64,000 nt of DNA from Leucoraja erinacea (taxonomy: Eukaryota). The translations under genes and the position numbers were made by a program. The stretch is taken from positions 9,052,001 to 9,116,000 of the forward strand of contig NC_073408.1 of assembly GCF_028641065.1 (NCBI RefSeq), written 5' to 3'. The notes beneath the pieces were generated by a model, which was not told the DNA's origin, did not search any database, and saw only the letters and a program-made list of their open reading frames with translations. Shown piece by piece: positions 49,601-60,719 of this stretch (its first letter is position 1; each line of letters opens with the position of its first letter).

Positions 49601-52600
49601 TGAGCTCCCAGAGAACTGGAGAATAGCCAGTGATGTGCGTTGAAGGGCAATAGAGACGACCTAGGACATCATAGGGCAGTGAGACTTACATCCGTGGTAG
49701 GGAAACTATTGGAGAAGATTCCTGAGGATAGGATTGAGTCGTATTTGGAAAAGCATGGGTATATATGGGATAATATACGTGACATTCTGCAGAAGAGGTC
49801 CTGTCTGAAGAAGGGTCTTGACATGAAACGTCACCCATTCCTTCTCTCCAGAGATGCTGCCGATCTCGCTGAGTTACTCCAGCAATTTGTTGTATATATA
49901 TATATATGTGTATATATATGTGTGTATATATATGTGTATATATATATATAGGATCTGGATAAAGTTCTAATTAATAAGCAGAGGTTTGGATCGTGAGGAA
50001 GGTTGTCAAAGAATATAGCAGGATATGGACCAGTTGGATATTTGGGTGGAGAAGTGGCAGATGGAGTTTAATCTGGACAAGAGTGAGGTGTTGTGTTTTT
50101 GGAGGTTAAATGCAAGGGGAAAGCATACTGTACAGGAGGTCATATCGGGAGCACCGGATGCAGTAGACGAGGTTAGAGGAGGTGCATGTGAAACTCTGTC
50201 CCATCTAAAGGACTACTGGGGCTCCTGGATGGAAGTGAGGGAGGAGGTATATGGGCAGGTGTTCATCTCCTGTGGTTGAAGGGGAAAGTATCTGGGGAGG
50301 AGATGGTTTGGGTGGAAAGGGATGAGTGAATTTCCCCCAACACCTCCCACACTGTCATTCATGCCCATGCCCCAAGTCTCTCTACCCTCCTCCTTCACTG
50401 CCCTTGGGTTGCTGCCCCATGTATTCCCCCCCCCCCCTCACTGCCCTTGGTATTGTCCCTGCCCGATGTCTCACCCACCGGGACTGTGGCCCATTGCTCT
50501 CTCTGCCTCGCTCTCTCTTGCAGCCTTGCTTCCCAGCAGCTTCTGCATGTACACCACACTGATCGCCATGACGGGCTGGTTCACGGAGCGAGACGCGGTG
50601 GCGGTGCTGGGCGTGGCGGCCGGAGCCATCGTCGGATGGCCCTTCAGCGCCGTCCTCGGGTAAGGGCCTCCTCCAACGCGGCTCCCTGCTGCTACACTGG
50701 TCAACCTCGGGTTAGTGCGTGGGGGGTTGCTGAACGATACAACACAGCGGGACCATAAAACATAGGAGCAGAATGAGGCCATTCAGCCCATCGGGCCCAC
50801 TCCACCATTCAATCCCCTCTTCTGTTTTTGATTTTGTAACCAAATTGTAATGTAATAAACTAAAATTCTAATTCAAAAAATTAAGAATTAAAATTCTAAA
50901 AATCTGAAAATCTATTTTTGAACTCTTTAGTAGCCGGTACACTGTAGCAATGCAGACCATAACAAAAAGTGCTCCGTTCAATGAATACCCCATGTCCCAG
51001 CCAGTTGTGCTTCTCCTGTTGTGTAAGGCTTGTTCATGGTTCAAAACGCTTTGCATGAGGATGAGGATGGGGTGAGGGGGGTGTGGAGAAAACCCCTTCT
51101 GTTTGTCTTGAGCTTTGCTGTGTTTATTCAACAGGCTGTTTTCTGAGTGGTCTCATAATGTTTCTTCATAATAGATATTAACAAAATTAATCCAATAACT
51201 TAAAAAAAAAAAAAAAATAGACACACAGAGAGTGGTGGAGTATCTTAGCGGGTCAGGCAGCATCTCTGGAGATCATGGATAGGTGAAGTATCAGGTCTGG
51301 ATCCTTCTCGGCCTTCGAGTAGGGTCCAAACCCAACAAGTAACCTATCCATAGGAGGGAACTGCAGATGCTGGTTTAAACCAAAAATAGGCAGAAAATGC
51401 TGGAGCAACTCAACGGGACAGGCAGTTTTTGAAGAAGGGTCTCGACCTGAAACGTCACCCATTCCAAACGTCACCCAGAACGGGGTACTGATTGGGGATG
51501 ATCAGCCTTGGTCACATTGAATGGCGGTGCTGGCTCAAAGGGCCGAATGGCCTGTCCTGCATACTATTGTCTATTGTATATTCAAGATTCAAAATTCAAG
51601 ATTCAAGAGAATTTATTGTCATGTGTCCCTAATAGGCCAATGAAATTCTTGCTTTGCTTCAGCACAACAGAACACAGTAGGCATGAATACAGAACAGATC
51701 AGCGTGTCCATATACCATTATATAACTATATATACACACATGAATAAGTAAACTGATAATGTGCAAATAACAGATAATAGGCTATTAATGTTCAGAGTTT
51801 TGGCCTTCTCTCCATTGATGCTGCTTGTTCCTGTTGAGTCACTCCAGCATTTTGTGCCTAACTTCTCCTATCCATGTTCTCCAGAGATGCTGCCTGACCC
51901 GCTAAGTTACTCCAGCAATTTGTGGCTATTTTTGGAGACCAGCGTCTGTAGTTCTTTGTGTAATCTAATGACTTGTTCTCTTACTGCAGGCTGCCGATAG
52001 CATTTGACCTGCTGATACTGAAGAGGAAGCTGCAGAGTTTTATTACCTGGGCAGTTGTGGCGCTCCTGGTTTTCCTGGTAAGTGTGGGAGGGGAAGATTA
52101 TCACAGCATGACCTCCACCAGCCTAGGTCTGGATCACTGCACTGACCACTCACAGAGTGTAGCAAATGAAACCAGAGCAGGTGAAGCAAACAGCATCCCT
52201 ACAGACATCTCAGGAGCTGACTGACTCCTTTTGTGTTCTCAATCGACAGTCTTGCTGTTGGTGTGTGTACCACGCTCCCCGTTAGATCACTGGAGAGCAT
52301 CTGACTTGTTGCACATCAAAGTTGTCTGTTTAAATTTGTTCACTTCTAAAAGTACCGCTGCAGATTTGAAAATAGTTCGTATAGTTTAGTTTAATGTCAC
52401 GTTTACCGACAAGAATCAAGAGTGTTTTATTGCCGTGTGTCCCAGATAGAACAATGAAATTCTTACTTGCTGCAGCACAACAGAATATGTAAACATCGTA
52501 CACTGTAAACAATATGATAAACGGGAGAGAAAAAAAAGTTTAGTGTGTTTGTGTGTGTGTATATATATACACATACTCACAAATATACAAACAGTAGTCG

Positions 52601-55600
52601 GGCAGCATCCATGGAGACAGAGGGAAGGTTGCAGATTCAGGTTGAGTCCCTGCATCTGGACTGAGTGTGATGCAGGCAGGCAGTGGATATGAAGAGGGGG
52701 TGGGGTGGAGGGGTGAGGTTGGGGGCTGACAGGTTGCAGTGGGGAGGGGGGCGTATAGCGAGCAGACGGAGCTGGGTGGGGGTAGGGTGGAGCTTGGAGC
52801 CGATGCCTGGTGGGTGAGAAGTAGAGACCCATCAGGAGAGAGCAGTTGGAGCTGCTGTTGTATTTGGAGATACCTGTTGCCACTGAAGATGCCAGGACAC
52901 CGACCGATATGACAAGTTCCTTGTGGTGTCCCGGATATGTTTCACTGTCTTCATTGTAGCACAGATGTGCCCTGACCCCTTGCTGTTGGTCAGGGCTTGC
53001 GGTGCCACGGCCCCCAAATTGCAACAACGACTGTGCCCCCAGAAGTCCTTCGTCCGTTGTGAAGCTTTGAGGTGGTGGGAGGCTGGGTAAGGCGCTATCT
53101 AAATGTAGATGTGTCTCCTGGTTCACAGCTCCCTCTGGTGGCGGTGGACAGCTACTACTACGGACGACTGGTGGTGGCTCCGCTGGGCATCATTGTCTAC
53201 AATGTCTTCACCCCCCACGGGCCCGATATCTACGGTGAGGCTCTCCCCCCTCCCCCCCCTTGCACCGTCCCCACCTGCACCCACCGCCGTTACTGTGTCC
53301 CCTCTGATAAAGGTGGCCAGTTTAATTATGCAATACATTGCTCTGATCTGTAGTTGTGTTACCTAGCCACAAGAGTTTCATTGTCACCCGTCCCGATACT
53401 GAACATTTGTCTGGACCAGGAAGTAATAGAAATAATTTTACTAATTCGTCTAATTTGAGGAAGGACATTCTTGCTATTGAGGGGGTGCAGCGTAGGTTTA
53501 CAAGGTTAATTCCCGGGATGGCGGGACTGTCATATGCTGAGAGAATGGAGCAGCTGGGCTTGTATACTCTGGAGTTTAGAAGGATGAGAGGGTGTCTCAT
53601 TGAAACACATAAGATTGTTAAGGACTTGGACACGCTAGAGGCAGGAAACATGTTCCCGATGTTGGGGGAGTCCAGAACCAGGGGCCACAGTTTAAGAATA
53701 AAGAGTAAGCCATTTAGAACGGAGACGAGGAAACACTTTTTGTCACAGAGAGTGGTGAGTCTGTGGAATTCTCTGCCTCATAGGGCGGTGGAGGCGGGTT
53801 CTCTGGATGCTTTCAAGAGAGAGGGCTCTTAAAAATAGCGGAGTCAGAGGATATGGGGAGAAGGCAGGAACGGGGTACTGATTGTGGATGATTCAAAGGG
53901 TCGAATGGCCTACTCCTGCACCTATTGTCTACCTAAAATAATACACCAAACAGTTCTTGCAGATAATATCTAGGATAGATTGTGTGGCACCAACAGAATG
54001 TTGATTCTGCTTTATAAATGTCTGGATCTCTTCATAAATCTGTTGGGGAATGTGGAATTGGCAAACCTGGATAATTGAATTTGTAAGAGTTGTTATTAAT
54101 GGCCGAGACATTCCCATGTGGCGACTCTCCGCCTACCTTGGGCATGTAAAACAAAGAATCTCACTGTGACATGTCACATGTAACAATAAAGTATCATCCT
54201 GTTATTCACTTACTCAAAGGTTAATGTTGAAGATTGTATGCTCATTGTGTCGTGCTACAGTGCACCATCTGACCACACGATGGCCCCGCTGAGCCGTGAG
54301 TGAGTGTGGGCTGTTTGCAATTGTTGTCAGCGACTTGTCATCAGTCCCCGGCCTGTTCCACAGTCGCAGTCTCTTGCGTCAGCGTCAGCGTCTGTGGCAG
54401 GGCTGGACAAAGTGCAGAGAAGATTAGTATGTTTCTGGGACTTTAGAGATACAGCGCCGAAACAGCCCTTTGACCCACCGGGTCCGCCCCGACCAGTGAC
54501 TACCCCGTATACTAACACTATCCACGCACACACAGATGCAGACATCTGACATTGCATGTTTCCATCTGTGGTACAACCAATAACCTAGCACCAAGTCACA
54601 GCAATTTCTACCTCCACTTCCTACACCTCTCTCGTCCCCTGTACTCTCTCTCCCCCCACCTCTCTCCCCCCCCCCCCCCCCCCCCTCCACCTCTCTCCCT
54701 CCCCCCCCCATCTCTCTCCCCCCCCCCATCTCTCTCTCCCCCCCCCCACTTCTCTCTCCCCCCACCACACTCTCTCTCCCCCCGCACCTCTCTCTCCCCC
54801 CCCCCCCACCTCCTCTCCCCCCCCCTCTCTCTCTCACCCCCTCCCTACCCCTCTCTCTCTCCTCCCCCCCCCACCTCTCCCCCCCCCCCACCTCTCTCCC
54901 CCATCCCCTCTACATCTCTCCTCCACCCCCCACGCCCAGTCTCCACACGATGACTGAGCTAGCAAAAAAACAATTCTTGAGTCATTTTGTCTCATGCTGC
55001 CGAAAGTGTGTTTATCACTAAAAATAAACTTTATTAATCACTGTGTTAATCTACCACCCAAGCGTAACCCGATTTAGATGACTAAGAATGACTATTTATA
55101 TAGAGGGAAGTTGCTATGTATAATTGGGCGCAGCATCCCAGCAAATCCATTCAAAAGCTGTTGGAAGTATCGGGGCCTTTTTGCAGCTGCTCAATAGTAG
55201 AGATTCCTCCACAAACACGAAGCAGATTTCACCTCACCCCCACCCCACCCCCACCCCCCACCCTCACCCCCCACCCTCACCCCCACCCCCCACCCCTCCC
55301 CACCCTCACCCCACCCTCACCCCACCCTCACCCCACCCTCACCCCACCCTCACCCCACCCCCACCCTCACCCACCCCCATCCTCCCCCACCCCCACCCTC
55401 TCCCTCTCCCCCACCCTCACCCCACCTCATCCCACCCTCACCCCACCCCCTCATCCCCCCCCCCCCCCACCCTCACCCTCCCCTCACCCCCCCACCCTCA
55501 CCCTCTCCCCCACCCCCACCCCACCCTCTCCCTCACCCCCACCCTCACCCCCACCCCCACCCCCTCCCCACCCCACCCCCACACCCCACCCCCCCACCCC

Positions 55601-58600
55601 CCACCCTCTCCCTCACCCCCACCCCCCACCCTCACCCCCACCCTCTCCCCCACCCCCACCCTCACCCCCACCCCCACCCCCACCCTCACCCCCACCCCCA
55701 CCCTCTCCCCCAACCCCCACCCCCACCCTCTCCCCTCACCCCCACCCTCACCCCCCCCCCCACCCCCACCCCTCAGATTCATGAGACCCTGGGAGGGGGG
55801 AAGGCTCTGTGGACCAGGGGAGACCCCACCCCAAGGGATGGGGGGGATATGAGGATTCATGAATGGGAGAGGGGAAGGGTCTGGGGACAGGGGAGGGTGT
55901 GGGGGGTCAGCATTCAGGATGGGGGAGGGGGTGGGAGATCTGTGGAAGGGGCGGGGGTGGAGGAGAGGGGGGGGGGGGGGGGGGGAGATGGGGGTGTGGG
56001 AGAGTTGTCCATATAAGGAAGGAGGAGAGTGAGGATGTGAATGGGGGGGGGGGGGAGTTTGGCGAGGGTTCAGTGGATGTGTGTGTGTGTGTGTGCACGC
56101 GTGCGTGCTCGTGTGTGTGTGATCATACGGCAGGCCGTGAACTGTGGGCGTTTGTAAGACCTGCTTCCGAACACTATCTCAATCGCGAGGTTCTTTAGTG
56201 GGTTACTGCAAAGTTTGGCAATAAGGTTCTATCAAACTTTCACGTTGGGATTACCTTTGATTCTGGTCGTGTGCGTGAACGCACACTGTTGTGATTTGTG
56301 TAACTCCGCTTTGAGCAAAAACTAAAGAAGGATCCCGCCCTAAGAAAGTCAACAATCCATGTTCTCCAGAGATGGGTACAGGGAAGCTGCTGTTTCCAAG
56401 ACTGCATGGTTTGACCTCTGCCATTGTTGCTCACTGTTCTACACCCTCCGTCTCAGATGTCTCCACGTGACCGGGATGGTTTCTTGTGCAAGAGAGGCCG
56501 TGCAGCAATTCTTCACCATTTTTTGACAGGAGTTACGCTGCCAATGGCGTTTGCTTTCCCACTTACTGTCCTCGGGTGAGGTGGCTCAATCGACACGCAC
56601 AAGCCAGTTTGCAACCATGTCTCAGTAAAATCCTGAAGTGTCGACACTAACAGCTCCAGACTGTGCTCACATCTCCAATTAAATTCAACAGGCACCCACA
56701 GTGTGAAGCCCAAATTAACCCACACACAGAGAGAAACATGACACATTTTCACATCTTTCACTTAATGAGAACTATTGTCTCACACAAGCCGTGATTGGAA
56801 TGCCGCTGGTGCACAATCGCAAGCAAATTAGAGTCATTATAACGAGGTCAGGTATTTTAAGATAACGTGCATTAAAATGGGTGCAGTGTTGGTGAGGTGG
56901 CTCCATTGTTGCAGAGAACCACCCAACGAGGCAGGACCAGCCACTCCTTGATTCAAATTCACTTAATTAAGCAATCTGCAATTTACAAACGCCACATTTG
57001 AGAGGTTACACCTGTGGGAAAAAAATGCTGTACCAGGTTGGAAGTAGAAAGAATAGATCATTGTTAGCTAGGGGAAGGTGAAAACGAGGCATACAATGTC
57101 AAATTTAATCAGGTCCAGAGATGTTGCCTGTCCCACTGAGTTACTCCAGCATTTTGTGTCTATCTTCGGTGTAAACTAGCATCTGCAGTTCCTTCCAATA
57201 GCTGCGTCTCCTTCTCCTGGTCTGGGACCATCAACCACGGGTCCCCCAAGAAGCCACATCTGGACCTCGCCAATTTCTCATCGGCGAGGCCAAGTGTAGA
57301 CTCGGTGACCATTTTGCTGAACGCACTTGTTCTGCCAAGGCCTGCAGGATCTCCCGGTTCCTCACCATTTCAACTCCTCTTCCCATTCCCATGCTGACCT
57401 TTCTGTCCCGGGCCTCCTCCATTGTCAGAGTGAGGCCACACACACAAAATGGAGGAACAGGACCACATATTCCGCTTGGGTAACTTACAACCCAACGATA
57501 TTAACATTTCAAGTAATACCTTTTCCCCAACCTCATCCCAGTGCACAGACATTTCATCTCCTCCATACATTCATCTTCCATCCCCAAGTTTCATATTCCC
57601 TTTTATCCTCCTTTCCCGCCTCCATGTCCCCTTCCCCCAAACCCTCCCTCCAGCTTTTCATTTCGCTCCTCCTCTCTTTCCTTATCTGACCCCACTTGTG
57701 ACTCCATTTCACCTCTAGCCTTCGTCACCTACACCCATTTCCAACCCCTCCCGACTGGTACCTACCAATCAGTCGCCAGGCTTTGCCCTGTCCCCACCTC
57801 TCTTTTCCAGCTTTCTTCCCCCCACCCCCCCCTTCTCAATCAGTGTGGTCCCTCCACAGATGCTGCCTGACCCACGGAGTTCCTCCAGCGCTGTGTTATT
57901 TGCTCAAGATTCCAGCATCTGCAGTCTCTCGTGTTTCTACACTGCTGCGTTGTTCTCTTAGCACTGGAGCCCATGTTTGGTAAATAACATCAAGACTCTC
58001 TCAGAATGAAGATTCGGCTCGCTGAAGTTGAGATCTTAACTTTGGATTGCACTCATGAGCTAGTATGGGTTTTTAACAATGCTTTATTTATAACAAGTCT
58101 AACCATGCCCAGTATAAATCCCGTTCCACTGATCCAACATCGCTCACTGCTCCTCACATTATACAGTCTAATCGGTGGGTGGCGATGATGAGAAAATGAT
58201 TCTGTCAAAGATCCTCAGATAACATCACATGCCATGATCAGAAAGATGGAGCTGCTGAAACGATCACTCCCACAGTGTGTGTGTGTGTGTGTAGATATAC
58301 AAACATATAGCAGCATTATTTTACATATATGAATGTATATATACACAATATGTACAATATATACAAACATATGTACACACACAGCAGCATTATATGTGTG
58401 TCTGCATGTATATATGCATGCTTGTGTGCATGTGCGTACATATACGTGTGGATGTACGTATGTGTGTGTCTATATATATATATATATATTATACTAGACC
58501 AAGTGCAAACCCGTTGAGAGGAGAGAGAGAGAGGAGGGGAGGGAAGAGGAGGGGGGGAGAGGGGGGGGAGGAGAGAGGAGAGGGGGGGGGGAGAGGAGGG

Positions 58601-60719
58601 GGGGGAGAGGAGGAGGGGGGGAGAAGGGGGGGGAGAGGGGGGGAGAGGAGAAGGAGGGGGGAGAGGAGAGGGAGGGGGGAGGAGGTGGGGGAGGGGGAGA
58701 GGGGGGGGAGGGGGAGAGGATGGGGGGGGGGGGGAGGGGGGGGGGAGGGAGGGGGGGGGGGGGGGGGGGGAAAGAGTGCCTTTTTACTCAAACCCAAACC
58801 CAAACACCATTTGCAGGCAGTGCTTTTTTACCTCTAACCATATTTTCATTTTCAAACCAAATTAAGGATACTCACAGTGCTGTAGACATTTGTCAGTGTC
58901 ATTCAAAGCTCTGATTGAGGCACACCACTTGCAGAGACTGATTGAGGCACACCACTTGCAGAGACTGATTGAGGCACACCACTTCCTAGTTTTATAGTCC
59001 TTCCCCCGCCCTCCAGCAGGGGCAGCAGAGAGAATGGGGAATGTTGTAAAAACATTAATATCTCTGTCAATTTTCATCGACGGGAAAAATCCTCGGCACA
59101 CATACGGCGGAGGGGGGCTCTGAGCGAGGTGGCCAAAAATGACGGCTGTAGGTGGCGGCGTACTCTCGGAAACCGCAGCACAGAAAGCCAAAACCGGTCA
59201 AGAACAGAGTTTTAGTAATATATAGATAGATAGATATGTGTGTGTAGGATGTAGACACAAAATGCTGGAGTAACTCAGCGGGATAGGCTTTTTTACACTA
59301 AATCAACGGCATGTTCATGGACCCTCATTCACCTTCGCTGCTTTGGGGCAGCATGGTGGCACAGCGGTACAGTTGCTGCTTTACAGCACTAAAGACCTGG
59401 GTTCGATCCTGACTACGGGTGCTGTCTGTATGGAGTTTGTGTATTTTCCCTGAGACCGCGTGGGTTTTCTGCTGGAGCTCCGGTTTCCTCCCACACTCCA
59501 AAGATGCACAGGTTTGTAGGTTAATTGGCTTTGGTAAAAAATTGTACGATGCCCCTTGTGTGTAGGATATTGTTAGCGTGTGGGGATCGCTGGTCGGCGC
59601 GGGCCGAAGTGCCAGTTTCCATGCTGTATCTCGACAAGTCTAAAGAAATTGTAAGTTCACGGACATTTGCCAGCAAGGGAACCCTGGTGTCACCAGGGAA
59701 CTGCCCGTGCTGAACCTTGTCTGAGCTGCATTGGAGAAGGTGCATGCCACTGTTTATTGGACCCTGCATGTTAAGAGAATGAATGGGTTCTGATTGAATG
59801 GATCACATAGCGGTTCATAAAACCCCTGATTTATCTTTCACTCAAAACATGTTGTCTTTTGAAGTACAAGAAGCTGTTGAGTGCAGGACTCTGCCTAGAA
59901 ATATATTTCACATGTTAATGATTCTTGGATCAGATAAAGGCTTCTGAATTTGATCTTAAATCTGCCAGAAGTCATTTTTTTTTCACAATGTCCTTTTAAA
60001 ACAAAAAGATGGTTGAACATTGTGAAGCACCCTCTCTTGTGATCGGTCGGTCGGCTGTGATCCTGTCTGTCTTGGTGAGAGAGAGAGATAGGAGGAGCCA
60101 CTGGAGGAGGACGATGAGATTTCTGGTGTTAGTTCCCATTTTCCAAAAGGAAGATATAAAACTCTCGACAAAACAATAGCAAGTACGGAGTAACTAGCCT
60201 GGTTCCTGGCAATAACTCATCGGCATGGCCAAGTTGAATTCAAAGGCCTGTTTCCACACTGTGTGACTATAACTATAATCAAAGATGGCCACAAAATGCT
60301 GGAGTAACACAGTAGAACAGGCAGCATCTCTGGAAAGAAGGAATGGGTAATGTTTCGGATCAAGACCGTGGTCTCCCAATTCCTTCTCTACGGAGATGCA
60401 ACCTGTTTCGCTAAGTTCAGGAATTTGTGTCTATCTTTGGTGTAAACCAAATCTGCCACGCCTTCCTACACATATAACTCTACTCACTCGTGGTTTAATG
60501 ATGAAATTAAAGCATCGAATGGAAATGCATCTGATGCATCTCATTCTTGGCTGTGTTGGGATATTAACAACCCCCTTTCTGTTTCTCTCCCTCCAGGGAC
60601 TGAACCCTGGCCGTTTTACTTCATCAATGGCTGCCTGAATTTCAACGTGGTGTTTGTGTTGGCGCTCTGTGCCCTGCCCTTAACCACCCTCATGGAATTC
60701 CTGCTGCAAAAATTTAATG
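40419..60719 (+). CDS. ALG9: Alpha-1,2-mannosyltransferase ALG9, exons 1-9 (3' part lies beyond the window); join(40419..40555,42282..42408,43518..43652,47870..47940,48909..48997,50524..50659,51990..52077,53129..53234,60597..60719)
   Basis: [13 protein letters not shown]...[12 protein letters not shown] | [25 protein letters not shown] | VFYFLRCLL | [10 protein letters not shown] | [10 protein letters not shown]...GWPFSA | LPIAFDLL | DSYYYG...[13 protein letters not shown] | [20 protein letters not shown] boundaries with matching phases. Confidence 0.97.
42282..42408 (+). CDS. ALG9: ALG9 exon 2
   Basis: ctgcAG|G CAG TCA ... GAG CCC|GTAAGT. Confidence 0.94.
42480..42757 (+). mobile_element. 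V-SINE (HE1-like), ALG9 intron 2
   Basis: Full head, V-domain and tail. Confidence 0.82.
43518..43652 (+). CDS. ALG9: ALG9 exon 3
   Basis: ttccAG|ATT CAT ... AAC AAG|GTGTGT. Confidence 0.94.
45330..46140 (+). mobile_element. Rex1/Babar-like LINE RT C-terminal fragment
   Basis: [17 protein letters not shown]...[20 protein letters not shown]...NFLRCAIES. Confidence 0.8.
46780..47100 (-). mobile_element. V-SINE (HE1-like), ALG9 intron 3, antisense
   Basis: Full-length reverse copy. Confidence 0.82.
47870..47940 (+). CDS. ALG9: ALG9 exon 4
   Basis: ttacAG|GTA CTT GTC ... TAC AA|GTAAGT. Confidence 0.93.
48342..48529. mobile_element. Palindromic Penelope-terminal element with 12-bp TSD
   Basis: agtaatttaaga at 48330-48341 and 48530-48541; inverted arms centred on tttcggcccgaaa. 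Confidence 0.8.
48909..48997 (+). CDS. ALG9: ALG9 exon 5
   Basis: ttccAG|A GCC GTT ... GCG G|GTAAGT. Confidence 0.93.
50524..50659 (+). CDS. ALG9: ALG9 exon 6
   Basis: ttgcAG|CC TTG CTT CCC ... CTC GG|GTAAGG. Confidence 0.94.
51990..52077 (+). CDS. ALG9: ALG9 exon 7
   Basis: ctgcAG|G CTG CCG ATA ... TTC CTG|GTAAGT. Confidence 0.93.
53129..53234 (+). CDS. ALG9: ALG9 exon 8
   Basis: tcacAG|CTC CCT ... TAC G|GTGAGG. Confidence 0.94.
53452..53930 (+). mobile_element. CR1-like LINE 3' fragment (relatively intact)
   Basis: [46 protein letters not shown]...VVSLWNSLP. Confidence 0.88.
54620..56060. repeat. C-rich/G-rich low-complexity tracts (CCCCACCCTCA-like units; poly-C/CT; G-rich block)
   Basis: Directly visible; produces the spurious Pro/Gly-rich ORFs. 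Confidence 0.9.
57270..57935 (+). mobile_element. Penelope-like retroelement remnant (GIY-YIG endonuclease end plus terminal repeat)
   Basis: Degenerate [14 protein letters not shown]...[45 protein letters not shown], followed by a pyrimidine-rich spacer and the agatgctgcctgaccc...cagcatctgcagt terminus shared with the short palindromic elements. Confidence 0.75.
58494..59226 (-). mobile_element. Non-autonomous Helitron-like element
   Basis: Minus strand begins A|TCTATATATTACTAAAAC and ends ...cttggtCTAG|T, with no TSD; internal 27-bp tandem repeat at 58911-58985 and a G-rich tract. Confidence 0.6.
59347..59632 (+). mobile_element. V-SINE (HE1-like), ALG9 intron 8
   Basis: Same family as 4140-4430. 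Confidence 0.8.
60597..60719 (+). CDS. ALG9: ALG9 exon 9
   Basis: ctccAG|GG ACT GAA CCC TGG ... AAT G|GTAAGG. Confidence 0.94.

Noticed and set aside
52416-53126. 236-aa minus-strand ORF
   Set aside because: Antisense in an ALG9 intron, partly a LINE tail and G-rich tract; no coding signature
54424-55860. Long Pro/His/Thr- or Gly-rich ORFs (120-242 aa)
   Set aside because: Artefacts of C/G-rich low-complexity DNA that lacks stop codons
58911-58985. 27-bp direct repeats resembling a CRISPR array
   Set aside because: Head-to-tail units without spacers, in a eukaryotic transposon
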